DNA of 64,000 nucleotides from Phoronis australis (lineage: Eukaryota; Animalia; Phoronida), in the NCBI GenBank assembly GCA_002633005.1, contig NMRA01000253.1:532710-596709 (forward strand), read 5' to 3'. The notes under the pieces are model-generated. The model worked only from the letters and a program-made list of their open reading frames with translations. It did not search any database and was not told the origin of the DNA. The position numbers and the translations under genes are program-made. Positions 53,201-64,000 of this stretch are shown piece after piece. The number at the start of each line of letters is the position of its first letter. The stretch's first letter is position 1.

Positions 53201-53921
53201 CACCTCATGACAGTGGCAGACGACATCATCAGTTGTCAATCACTAGAGAACAACTTACAATGACTGTACCATACCACTTTCCCCAACTGTGAACAAATGA
53301 CACTCCCAAAACTGAACAACAATAAATGCACACCAATGACCACAACATTCCCCCATCAGCGAGTGCTCACCAATTCCCAAGACCACATTCAGCTACAGCT
53401 CTGACCAACTCAAGTTCTTCAGCAGCAGTCCATGTCTTCTCAAATACTGAGAAATTGTGTTTCTGAAAGATACCGATTACCTTTACTTAGTGTAAGAGCA
53501 AGGTCAGAACATAAAAGATACCAAAGAGAACTGATTTTTTTTAGAGCTCAGAATTAACAAAATAGCGCGCTACTGCAATAGCCGTTTTATCCACTTAACT
53601 TCCATAACACTCAGATAGCTTGACTTACCGTATGCATTGATATTTACCAAGATGCATTACAAATCTGTGGGATGATGGTCAAACATGGGCAGTAAGGAAT
53701 GTGCACACGAGAAGATAAAATTAACCGCAGTGATTCTATTTGCTACTACTCACGATCACTTCATATTTGTGGTCACTCAGGTGTCCACCAAACTGGACAC
53801 CACGGGCAAAGCAGTGGAGACAGATCTCCAGCTTCGGATCAGCACATTCTGCACATCGAATGAATGGCTCAATTAAAAATGTGGAGCAGCTTGGGCAGGC
53901 TGTTCTTTCTCCGGACATCAT
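35264..53921 (-). CDS. TADA2A: Transcriptional adapter 2-alpha (ADA2a, ATAC complex), ~435 aa
   Basis: Exons 53921-53754 (ZZ finger CPSCSTFLIEPFIRCAEC...CLHCF...HLSDHKY), 53462-53371 and 51719-51622 (SANT: WTAAEELEL...GLGNWQDVSNQVRTKTKQECRAHY), 45834-45784, 42669-42505 (DPPRP...MAGYMPARGDF..EHDNFAE), 41302-41195 (YRSRLKERQRRKRII), 39468-39361, 39063-38903, 37100-37013, 36851-36778, 35458-35264 (SWIRM: LKLAQARALLKMDVNKTRKLYDFL); 1308 nt, all phases consistent. Confidence 0.96.
35732..36417. repeat. ~195-bp near-identical duplication across single-N join (35732-35926 vs 36222-36417)
   Basis: Second copy starts directly after N at 36221; few SNPs; likely allelic overlap. Confidence 0.8.
46236..50080. 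repeat. ~1.92-kb tandem near-identical duplication (46236-48157 / 48159-50080) in TADA2A intron
   Basis: Identical 84-aa spurious ORFs at 46937 and 48860; junction is exactly the single N at 48158; only scattered SNPs/indels, so probably unmerged haplotypes. Confidence 0.9.
49680..51320. repeat. Interspersed repeat with two diverged ~680-bp tandem units
   Basis: 'aattcaaaaagtagacg...gaatccacatgcaaaa...gtgacttccggtt...aatgcggcctct' at ~49735-50310 and ~50410-50985; terminal hairpin CCACCA...TGGTGG at ~51292-51315. Confidence 0.7.
53119..53259. repeat. 69-bp tandem duplication
   Basis: acacacaaagc...actagagaacaactt occurs twice (53119, 53188). Confidence 0.85.
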
Positions 53922-55211
53922 CGAACGGTCCTGGAATGAACATAAATTCAGGCGCATTCAGGACATTGCACTAGACAACTGAAAACTTTTAACATAACTA
54001 AACTTTTTAGCACTTTTTTGTGACGGATGTACGGCACCATGATATCCAGGAGTTGGCCTTTGACAACAAGAGGTTGATGATGTACCACAGTCGAAGTGTT
54101 ATTTTTTATAAAGTTTGGGCTTCGTGTGATTGTACTTATTGTGGCATATTTATGGTAATAAGTAGTAACACACGTGAAAATCAAACTAATTTTTTAGGCA
54201 AAAAATTGAAAGCTATAGGACAGTATGGGTTTTGAAACTAGTGAGAGACTGGTCTTTCAGATGAAACCAGAAATGTTAAATATAGCCACAAGTTTCATTT
54301 TTTGTTTTGAGGTTGACCTTTTCACGGAATTGTCCATCAGTAAAATATGCTGTTTTAAGTATCGTTTTTGAAAACAAACTCTCATCAACACACTGTTTTG
54401 TTTCACATTATGAACAGCCATGTGTCCCAGTACTCTTTTGATAATCGGAAGCAGAAGAACGCTAGAAACTTCAATGCTAAATGTCACGCGACCTCGCAGA
54501 AACCGAATGATTCATAACTTTAGGGCTGACTTAAGGGGCTTCGGTTGTTATTTAGCACATAATAAGCTCATTAATGGATACGTATACGTTTATATATATA
54601 TATGTCTACTTCTCTCCTGTCTCACTCTCTATATAGCTTCGTTGTTGCCATGGTTCTCTCATATACGATATACGAACGAGTAAAAAGGTACACAACGCTG
54701 TAATAATTTCAACAGTGGCACGATATAGGATAAAGTGAAAATGCGCATTTTAAAATGTGTCGATTATTGACGGTGAAATCGACATATTTCGTTTCGCGAC
54801 CAAAACCCGCGGAAACGTCCTAATCATGCACAGCCTAACGCTCGCTTTCCGTCGCCAGGCGGAACAACCGGTCCGCAAACCTCAAATCAGTCCCGGCTCC
54901 GCCAATCTGGGAACGTCCCTGTGCCCCGTCTTCCACTGGCTAGTACGCAGTAGTACGGAGTCTGCACCTTCTGTCTTCCACTGGCCAGTAGGGAGGCCGC
55001 GCTCCGACCCCGATACGGATTCCGTGCTCCGGCGCCCATAGTTATATGTGTAGCACGGCAATCGAACACATACACATGCAGGGACACGACTGCCATATAT
55101 CAATAATTTTTATCAGCTACGAGCAATCGACTTTTAATTTAGATATTACATATAGTGTACGTAATTATCGGACGGACCCTAAATATCATTACATAAAATC
55201 TTACTTGAACC

Positions 55212-55275
55212 TGGGCAATGACCATCGCCTCTGTTGGCCCGAATTCGGGCCAACAGAGGCGATGGTCATTGCCTA
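55212..55275. mobile_element. 64-bp spacer-less palindromic mini-transposon
   Basis: Perfect 60-bp palindrome 55214-55273 centred on GAATTC; equals the terminal ~31 bp of the element at 58006-58938; 9-bp flanking duplication ACTTGAACC/ACTTGAAGC. Confidence 0.85.
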
Positions 55276-56215
55276 ACTTGAAGCATAATCTGAGAAATAT
55301 ACGACACAATTTTTTATTCCGCTGTAATGCATTCAATGTCCGGCACTGTCTCGTTTTTTTCTAGCGTTGCCTCGTTTTGATTTTACCGAGAGAGGATGCA
55401 ATTTAGACCCCCAAGTCAGCCTAAAATGGATGACCGCATAAACCGGTTATAAAAGTTGAAAACAAAATCTTTTTCCACAATGAAATCATCTAATTGAACT
55501 AACAATATGTCAATGTTTCATTTTTTCATTTGTTTTTAAACACAAGTCAAACCCCGGCCGCGCACGTGCGTGTGTCATATTAAGAAGGCAAAAAGATACT
55601 AAAAACTTCAGAGTTTGCACGCGCTTTAGTTGTCTGCACTGATTCATCGAAACGACTTGGTGCTGTCATCAGACTTCATGTTATGGATAATTTTGTTGCG
55701 AACAGAGCCGTGTTTTAGCAGCATATGTCAAAACACTCGAGCTGAAATTTGGCTACAAGGTGCCCGTGGCCATTACTTGGTAAGTCAGTTTTCCGCGGTG
55801 TGGCGTATGGGGAAACATGGTGTCCGATATTATTTTACTAGGTTCTCCGAAGGTTTGCTAGTGTTTTTTTAAGATCAGTCGAAACATAAATGTGGCTTTC
55901 GGTGACAAGATATAGTAACACAACAATTCTATAAAGGTAAGCCTTTATTTCAGCAAATAATTTACAACAATCCGTAGTATTTTCAATTGAATTTAATGCA
56001 AAATGTGCGAAAACGTCCGAGAATTGGGTTCACTGTGTAAAACAGTACAGATCGGTGCACCAGTTCCCGTTACATCTAAAAATGAGCAAGCTGAGAAGGA
56101 AGAGTAGTGTCGATAACTAACAGGATACAATGGTAACTAAGCGTGAACATGTACTAATAGAAGAACACGTAGATATTATCCCTAATATCTGTGCACAACA
56201 GAACCATTCACTTAC

Positions 56216-56648
56216 ATGTGTAGACGTTCACGTTTGTTTTGGGCGGAAGTCAAAGCTGGTTCCCTCCGTGCCGTTAAACGGTAGCCAGCATACAAGCTGC
56301 AAGCAGGGAACCAGCGAGACCGTATGAGTCAAAACGGTGCTGGGGAGTGCTCAATAACGCTAGCATCTCACTGGAAAGAAAAGCAAAAACCTCGCGAGAT
56401 TTTGAGATACAGCGCCGTTAATTTCCAATGAGAGCACCTAATTGTGTTATCATTTTTCTTGCCGCAAGCATGTTATTGAACTCGACCCTGGTTCACCAGT
56501 ACATGAATTTGGAATTCTGACCGTAAAGAGGGAGACAAATCTCTCGGCAAAATGCTCCAAAGCCAAAGCGAGGTAGTCACGTGATCATTGCTGAACTTCC
56601 TGGTTGGGGACCGGCCGATCGTAAGATTTTATCTCGAAAATAACAGAA
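56216..56648. promoter_or_regulatory. Putative bidirectional promoter of TADA2A (-) and TXNDC17 (+), with probable non-coding TADA2A exon 1
   Basis: Strong minus-strand donor CAT|GTAAGT at 56215; ETS motifs CGGAAGT (56244-56250) and ACTTCCTG (~56595); E-box CACGTG (56578-56583); TXNDC17 ATG at 56649; TADA2A ATG exon starts with an acceptor at 53930 and so needs an upstream exon. Confidence 0.55.
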
Positions 56649-59600
56649 ATGATCCTACCGATTGAAGTGAATGGTTTAAAGGAATTTTTAAAGGAGGTTG
56701 AAAATCATCCGGATAAAGACATTTTTGTGCTGTTTACTGGTTCTGACGATGAGAGTGGGAAAAGTTGGTGCCCTGACTGTGTGAGAGGTGAGTTTTGCAT
56801 TTGACATGAAGGCAGTGGCATCTAGCGGCTGTTGCCAGTGTTGGAAGATAACCTGTCATGGATTACTGACGGTGACGGTGTCAGTGATACTGCTCCGTCA
56901 CTTCAATAATGAGGTGCGTTTATCATGGAGCCTGGTCAAATTAGGCGACCATTGATAAATGATCATTATTAGTCCGGTTAATAATACTATAGTCGGGTAG
57001 GTGTATCCCTGATTTATATACTGGGGAACCCAATGTTCGTCCGCCTAAGCATAAAACCGACTTGCTGTTGTACTCACCGAATTATTCCACTTCAAAGTTA
57101 TGATCTGAATAGGATTCGATTTAACTCTCACAGATATACCGCATTCATCGATTCGGAAGTTTTCTTTAATTTGTGCCGAGTTATTTCAAATGTGCACTGC
57201 CTTCGGCAGCCATTTTATTGTGACACCTAAGTTCGTCATATGCTGCCCCCTTTTGTAAAAACTGAGAAACATGCAGAAAAAGGCCAACGAAGTAATGAAA
57301 ATTGCAACAGCCTGTTTTTATTGACATAAACTCGATTTGAAGCTTTGATGTTGAGCTCTGCACTGTGGTTTCCAATAAAAGCCAATTGGNNNNNNNNNNN
57401 NNNNNNNNNNNNNNNNNNNNNNNNNNNNNNNNNNNNNNNNNNNNNNNNNNNNNNNNNNNNNNNNNNNNNNNNTGTAAATTTAATAGTGAATGACTAATCT
57501 GAGGGCAAGAGAACCTTTGTTGGGATCATCCGCTGTTATGAAGTTTTCACAGTCATTTGGCGACGTGACGATGAAGCTCTTTGAAAAGGGCTACGCGTTC
57601 CGAGCATGAGTGTCGTGTCGGGATTTAGATCGCCAGGTAAGATTAACCGCCCAGGGCGGTTGACTGTCGTAATAAGTGCCCATGTTCGGTTAACCGCCCA
57701 TCCCCTACTTTTGGTGGATTTTCGATTTAACCGCCCACTGCTCAGTTAACCGCCCTCCCCCGATTTTTTGGGTTCGCCAATTTAACCGCCCAGGGCGTTA
57801 ACCCGAACGATTACGGTAATTGTCTTGAGTTTCGTGTTTGCTATGGACGGCTGAAGAAGTGAAGTGAAGCACCCGTGGAACTCCTTGTCCCGAATGTCAT
57901 ACCTTGTAGTACATATAGTGTATTGGGGACGATCAGAAGCTGAGGAAGACTGTGGTTACTCCCACTGCCTGAATAATTATTTAATGTACTGGACTTGCAC
58001 ATTACTAGGCAATGACCATCGCCTCTGTTGGCCCGAACCAGAGGCGATGTAGAGGCTATAGGCGCTCTGTGCGCCGGAAGCTTTTCGGCGAATTATGCCT
58101 CGCACCGACTAAACCATCAAAGTCATGTTGTTATACCTTTTGCGCATAGAGGAACACCTTAGGAGGTTGTCGATGTGTTTAAGTCCTTCCAACTCCAACA
58201 AATACTCCCGTTATGAAACTTTTTCTTTGATCAGTCCCTATTTCAGTTCCCAAAATCGTGGAATCAAAATTTTTGTACTGCACACGCTCCAATTTTTCAC
58301 CGCGCTCGCTAGGTGATGTGACTTCATAACCTCAATAATTTTTAAATAGGCCAAAGGTGAGCCATTGCGGTCTTGTGAGTCAAATGTTCGTTTCCAAAAT
58401 GCTACCACTTATACTCAGTTGTCTTTAATTGGCGTTACTTGAAACTGTTTGTATTTCAATGAATTATTGTTTGTATTTGATAAAAATAAATGCTGTTGAT
58501 ATGACATTTAATAGTCTTTGTGCACATATTTGACATTTTAATGTTTAACAACACGGCAAATGCACGGCTGGTTCCCGGCAGCACGTACGCAAAGGGCGGG
58601 AACTTCAGCTTTCAAAGTTCGCCGGTAGGATCGCAACTTCTGACCTTCGGCCTGGTTAAAAAAATGCAAATTTTGATTTCACGATTTTGGGAACTGAAAT
58701 AGGGACTGATCGAAGAAAAAGTTTCATAACGGGAGTATTTGTTGGAGTTCGAAGGACTTAAACACATCGACAACCTCCTAAGGTGTTCCTCTATGCGCAA
58801 AAGGTATTTATAACAACGTGACTTTGATGGTTTAGTCGGTGCGAGGCATAATTCGCCGAAAAGCTTCCAGTGTACAGAGCGCCTATAGCCTCTACATCAC
58901 CTCTGGTTCGGGCCAACAGAGGCGATGGTCATTGCCTAGCACATTGCTAGTTTATTTATAGATTAGGTCAGTTTAAATCTCCATGTGTAACCAGATGTAG
59001 TATTTTCAGGTGAAAAAACATGCCATGTTTTAAACATGGCATTATCTTTTATGGGACATCAAAGACAATTCCAGTCGACTTTGCTAGGTTTTGATAACTT
59101 TTTCTGCTTCCTTTTGTAAATTGTTTTTGGTGTGCAAACAGTGCAACTATTTTGAGCATACTTGGCAAATATCACCAATGTCCACAACGTTTGGCAGTTC
59201 TAGGTGAGCCAACTTGTGGATGGTCTAGGCTAGCCACCTGGTAAATGTCAATGGTGTGTTTTGCTGTGTGCCCCGACTCGGTTTAATATGTCTAAACTCA
59301 CAATACTTGCACTGATAATGTCTGGTTCACGCCCCAGTGTTAAGCGTTTAGCGAGTAGCCCCATAGACAATGTGTAGCCCCATTAGTGTGTCATTTGGGC
59401 TATGATAATCTCCATCAAGCTATGTCCGCATTTCAGGCCTATGCACTATAAATTACAATAATCAAATTCTGGCTAATATATAAGAAGTTTTTGCTTCATA
59501 AAATTATGTTTTACTCTGAAAATGTCATCTATAAAAGTGCTGATAAGCTATCTTTTCTGGAACTATGCACATCCTTGTTGAAGCATATCAATTCAAATTA

Positions 59601-61088
59601 TAACAGATTTTGTGAAGAACTTACACCAGTTTTTGAGTGCTGTGAAATTTTTCACCACCAGCGATAAGCAATGATAAACGTATTATTTCCCTTTCCCTCT
59701 AAGGGGACATCACATGAGTTAAGACTGGGGAATATATTCTGTAATTTTCTCGAAATGGCCGCTGGCAAGGGCAACTCAAGTGTCCACAGAAAGTTCTCAA
59801 ACTTGGCTAGAATTAAAAAAAAACATGTTCTTCTTTGAAAACCCATGGCCATCTGTTGGGAGTTTGTGTGTTTAAAAGGCTTGGAATAAATACATTGAAG
59901 TGGTACCAATACTTCAAAATGTCTCCCAATACTTGAAAGTCGTTGCATAGGTTTCCAAAATTGATGAAAGTAAGCCAAACTGGTCACGTCAAAATTTTAG
60001 CTTGATGCAATGATGAGTCAAAACAGGTTGAAATTCGAATTTCATGGAACTAATGTTGACTTTATGTTGACTAAATTATCCCCAGTATGCGTTTATTATA
60101 ACTCATTGTTTATACGAACGCTTCATTTGATGTCATTCTCTGTATTTTTAAATGAGTACCTTTCATTGGGAAGTACTACCGCCTGTGGGTGTAACTGCCT
60201 AATGGTGCCATTGTCGTTGCTTCTGGTTTTAACTTTTAACCACTGGTGGCGNCCCCCCCCCCCCCCGCCCACATTCATTGAAAATAGTTTCCAAGTGGCT
60301 AGACAGCCAGTTTTAACTGGACAGTTTTGTCCTGTGAATGAAAACCGAGTGCCCAAATGCTCTCATACTGTGTTAAGATCATATTGTGTTAGGAATCCAT
60401 ATGTAACTCAAGTAATGGAATTGACTGAAAATTTTCCGTTAAAGATTATTATGATACCGATATGAGAGTGAAATGTCTCATTCCTTTTTCTTTCGTTTAG
60501 CCACCTAAACATGGCAAAATGCTTTTAAATTTTAGTATAAATGTGGAATCTTCAATTCACTATTTCTATATTTCATCAATTCTATGTATATTTTAAATGA
60601 GCTAGGGTCTAATTTATTGATATTTCTTCCCATAAAATCACTAGTTACAAACAAATTATGCTTTGGTTTGATTTTACTTTTAATGTTTTAAAATATCTTG
60701 CTAGTGATACATATTTAATAATAATACTTCGAAGTGATATGTTTGTTAATAGTGTTCACTAATTCAAAAATTTGAAGTCATGACCTAATAGTGGTCATCT
60801 TTGTACTAACTAATATTTGTTTCATTTGTCAGACATTTTGCTCATCAGATCTGTAGATGTGGCCCAAAGTAAATGCACCATATTCCAACAGGATGCAATG
60901 AGAGGGATATTAGCCATCAGTTATGCTTTGGGATGTGTCTGATCAGTTTCCTGTAGAATGCATGATTCTTAATTGCTGTACATTGCAGTTCTAATTCTTA
61001 TTTCAGCCGAGCCAGTAATAGAGCATGGTGTAACTAAGGCTCCTGATGGCTCTGTGTTCATATTGTGCACCGTGGGTGACCGGACGAC
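56649..61088 (+). CDS. TXNDC17: Thioredoxin domain-containing protein 17 (TRP14), exons 1-2, partial
   Basis: Exon 56649-56787 MILPIEVNGLKEFLKEVENHPDKDIFVLFTGSDDESGKSWCPDCVR (WCPDC active site); exon 61007-61088 AEPVIEHGVTKAPDGSVFILCTVGDRT; phases match; downstream exons not found before the contig join at 62828. Confidence 0.93.
57390..57472. other. Assembly gap (83 N)
   Basis: Run of N. Confidence 1.
57640..57816 (-). mobile_element. Terminus of a TA-flanked MITE (Tc1/mariner-pogo-like) with repeated TTAACCGCCC motifs
   Basis: Ends ...GGCGTTAACCCGAACGATTACGG|TA; the reverse-complement terminus TA|CCGTAATCGTTCGGGTTAACGCC occurs at 63668. Confidence 0.7.
58006..58938. mobile_element. 933-bp foldback non-autonomous DNA transposon (AcademH- or MuDR-like) in TXNDC17 intron 1
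   Basis: ~270-bp TIRs (58006-~58272 / ~58669-58938) with TAG...CTA ends; 9-bp TSD GCACATTAC/GCACATTGC. Confidence 0.88.
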
Positions 61089-62332
61089 GTAAGTACTGTC
61101 AGTGGGCAGTAGAATTGACTGGAAAATGACTTGTGCTGCAGTTGTTACGTCCCGAAGTCCATCTGTACTGTTCAAAAACCTTATTATGTACCCGTATAGG
61201 CTATTTTCTTGTTTTGTGTGGTCATAAAGTTTGCTGTAATTGCAGAACTCTGTGAAATTTGCAAAGCTTTAACAGTGTTTGTGGATACATAGCGTACCGT
61301 TCTTTTTCCTAATTTGCCTCTCATGGAAGATAGCTCTTGTTTTGCCTAACAGTCGACAAGAGTGATTTTCGGGATGTGGCTTAAATGTAATGTTTTAAAT
61401 TTTACAGTCACGTAGATTTTTACATGTTGGTTTGTGCATCGATCATCCGATTTTTAATCTTACTGTGGCCAAGAACTGATTTAATTACATGTTATAGCAG
61501 CTTGACAGTGAACATTGTTACTAATCATTGTTTGTTGTACCACAAATACCGAAACACGAGCAATACGTAGGCCAGTTAAAAGATTTCACAGATGTTCGAC
61601 AACCCAACAGGTGTTATTCCACAGGGTGTTAAAAAAGAGGCTAACAGATGTACTGCAGTTTCAAATGGGACCTTTATTTTGAAACACCCTGACCAAGAAC
61701 TTTGCTGATTTAACCTGTGTATGTTTTTAAATAAGTTGGATAACACTACATACCGTAGCCTGTCACCAAGTGTTACCCACATATGGTGATGATTCACCCG
61801 ATGATCACGATTAACTGAAACCAATCAATATCACTGTTATCGTAATGTAGCTAACAGTAGATATAAAAAGTAGCCAAACTGCTTATGGTACTGAAATGAT
61901 CTCGTTTAATGTTTGCTGTTTTCTGACTCAGACAGTCTGCTTGTGTATTAAGCATACTGTACACTTCTTTGTTAAAGTCCATATTTGAGTTTGGAAGATT
62001 GAGCGCAGTGTGCCAAAAACTTGCATAGCAGTCTTTATTTTATGAGGGAAGCTGCTTATTTAATTTGAGAAATGAGTTTGTTATCCATGCAGTGAATGAT
62101 AACCCAAGACATCAAGTTACAGGAAAATGTCATCGCACTAAACATGAGAATAGGTATCAATACTTGAGTGTGGCCATTATGTTTTGTGTCTTAATTCGTG
62201 ATAAAGATGCAAATTTGAATGTAATAAACAAAAAAACTTCTCATTTTAGTTTCATAATTTCAACATTTAATATTAATGTGACATTTAGTGAGGAGTGAAG
62301 TGGGGCTTCTGTAATATTGGAATTGGTGAGTT

Positions 62333-62414
62333 TTTGAGAAGGCCATATTGCAGGTTCTCATGTGACGCTGTTTGAGAAGGCCATATTGCAGGTTCTCATG
62401 TGACGCTGTTTGAG
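62333..62414. repeat. 38-bp tandem duplication
   Basis: tttgagaaggccatattgcaggttctcatgtgacgctg x2. Confidence 0.85.
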
Positions 62415-62828
62415 CAAAAATAGTTCAAAAAGTTGGGAGTCACCCTCATTTCATACAAAACACATGGGGTATCAGACTACATCTATCCAGAATAATGCCT
62501 AAAGCCTTATTCCACCAATGTATATTACGAGATGTGTTGCAATACCCAATGTGTTTGTAAAGGGAAGAGTTTTTGAAAAATTATTTGGCACACTTTTTAA
62601 TATACAACTAACATGTAACCTTTTAAAGCCAAACCTTTCTAGAAGACCAGATACCGTTAAACAATGTAGCGCTCAAACATTCCCAGTTGGTTTACCAACA
62701 CTTGTTGCACGTGAATGAAGCTGTGATAAATGTAAATTACCATATTTGATGGACATTTTACTTTTTCGAATCAAAGCACAAACTTTCCACTTGTGGCGGG
62801 CTGATGGTAGGGCAACTGCTATTTTGAN

Positions 62829-62900
62829 AGTGAGCACGATTTTGAGTATGAAATCTCGAGTATGAGTATGAGTCTGAGTACGGAGATTGGAGACCGGGCC
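62829..62900 (-). mobile_element. End of a second copy of the Harbinger-type MITE
   Basis: Reverse complement of the 4193 terminus, ends ...GGAGACCGGGCC followed by CTG (62901-62903); truncated by N at 62828. Confidence 0.88.
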
Positions 62901-63291
62901 CTGGTTCCCTCAGTGCCGTTAGATCGTAGCCACCATGCAAGCCGCAAGCAGGGAACCAGCGAGACCGTATCAGTAAACGGTGCTGGGGAGTGTTCAATAA
63001 CGCTAGCATCTCACTGGAAAGAAAAGCAAAAACCTCGCGAGATTTTGAGACACAGCGCCGTTAATTTTCAATGAGAGCACTTAATTGTGTTATGATTTTT
63101 CTTGCCGCAACCATGTTATTGAACTCGACCCTGGTTCACCAGTACATGAATTTGGAATTCTGACCGTAAAGAGGGAGACAAATCTCCCGGCAAAATGCTC
63201 CAAAGCCAAAGCGAGGTAGTCACGTGATCATTGCTGAACTTCCTGGTTGGGGACCGGCCGATCGTAAGATTTTATCTCGAAAATAACAGAA

Positions 63292-63430
63292 ATGATCCTA
63301 CCGATTGAAGTGAATGGTTTAAAGGAATTTCTAAAGGAGGTTGAAAATCATCCGGATAAAGACATTTTTGTGCTGTTTACTGGTTCTGACGATGAGAGTG
63401 GGAAAAGTTGGTGCCCTGACTGTGTGAGAG
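63292..63430 (+). CDS. TXNDC17: Second (probably allelic) copy of TXNDC17 exon 1
   Basis: Same peptide as 56649-56787 (synonymous TTA/CTA difference); flanks 62901-63667 match 56256-~57018. Confidence 0.85.
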
Positions 63431-63667
63431 GTGAGTTTTGCATTTGACATGAAGGCAGTGGCATCTAGCGGCTGGTGCCAGTGTTGGAAGATAACCTGTC
63501 ATGGATTCCTGACGGTGACGGTGTCAGTGATACTGCTCCGTCACTTCAATAATGAGGTGCGTTTATCATGGAGCCTGGTCAAATTAGGCGACCATTGATT
63601 ATTAGGAGAGATCATTATTAGTCCGGTTAATAATACGATAGTCGGGTAGGTGTGTCCCTGATTTATA

Positions 63668-64000
63668 CCGTAATCGTTCGGGTTAACGCCCATGTTCAGT
63701 TAAACGCCCATCCCCGACTTTAAGTGGATTTCCGATTTAACCGCCCACTGCTCGGTTAACCGCCCTCCCCCGATTTTTTAAGAGTTCCAGTTAAGCGCCC
63801 ACCTCTCGGTTAAGCGCCCACCCCGACTTTTAATGAATGAAGATTTAGCGCCTAGTGCTAAGGAAACGTGCGATTCCCCGACTTTTAGAAAAAGATCGAT
63901 GATCACAATGAGTGCAACGACGCTGGGACTCCGAGACGGTGGTTTAGCAATCTGAATCACAATACAGGTAAAGAGTTATTGTCTTGGGTCATGAACTCAC
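63668..64000 (+). mobile_element. TA-flanked MITE with TTAA(C/G)CGCCC subterminal repeats, runs off window end
   Basis: TA|CCGTAATCGTTCGGGTTAACGCC; absent at the equivalent TATA site (~57015) in the other copy. Confidence 0.7.

Noticed and set aside
55139-55336. Mirror ORFs LGNDHRLCWPEFGPTEAMVIA on both strands
   Set aside because: Artefact of the perfect palindrome.
62901-63667. True TXNDC17 gene duplication
   Set aside because: Begins after an N join and is near-identical including intron and promoter; allelic contig is more parsimonious.

Overview
AT-rich, intron-rich animal genomic DNA (marine-invertebrate-like; taxon cannot be fixed from sequence alone) from a draft assembly with an 83-nt N gap (57390-57472) and several single-N contig joins, some of which place two haplotypes side by side. 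By manual splicing (GT-AG, phase-consistent) I reconstruct: (1) a partial astacin/M12A metalloprotease gene on the minus strand (3 exons, 6426-12008); (2) a complete 7-exon secreted FAD-linked oxidoreductase of the berberine-bridge-enzyme/VAO family (16245-22135, +, ~537 aa); (3) a complete 11-coding-exon TADA2A gene (35264-53921, -, ~435 aa); (4) exons 1-2 of TXNDC17/TRP14 (+), head-to-head with TADA2A, with exon 1 repeated in an allelic contig at 63292; (5) a tentative small secreted Cys-rich orphan gene or pseudogene (28348-29314, -) with an in-frame TGA. Mobile DNA is abundant and nested: an L1/Tx1-like LINE split by a Harbinger-type MITE (CTG TSD), a Gypsy LTR element with both LTRs, PBS and PPT but no RT/RNaseH, a decayed Academ-like transposon inside a HINE-like repeat, and a TAG-terminated foldback family with 9-bp TSDs present both as a 933-bp element and as a 64-bp spacer-less palindrome. 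No rRNA, tRNA gene or CRISPR array is supported. I cannot demonstrate a new multi-gene system; the best leads are the secreted flavoenzyme, the orphan secreted gene, the minimal palindromic transposon and a haplotype-specific MITE in the TADA2A/TXNDC17 bidirectional promoter.
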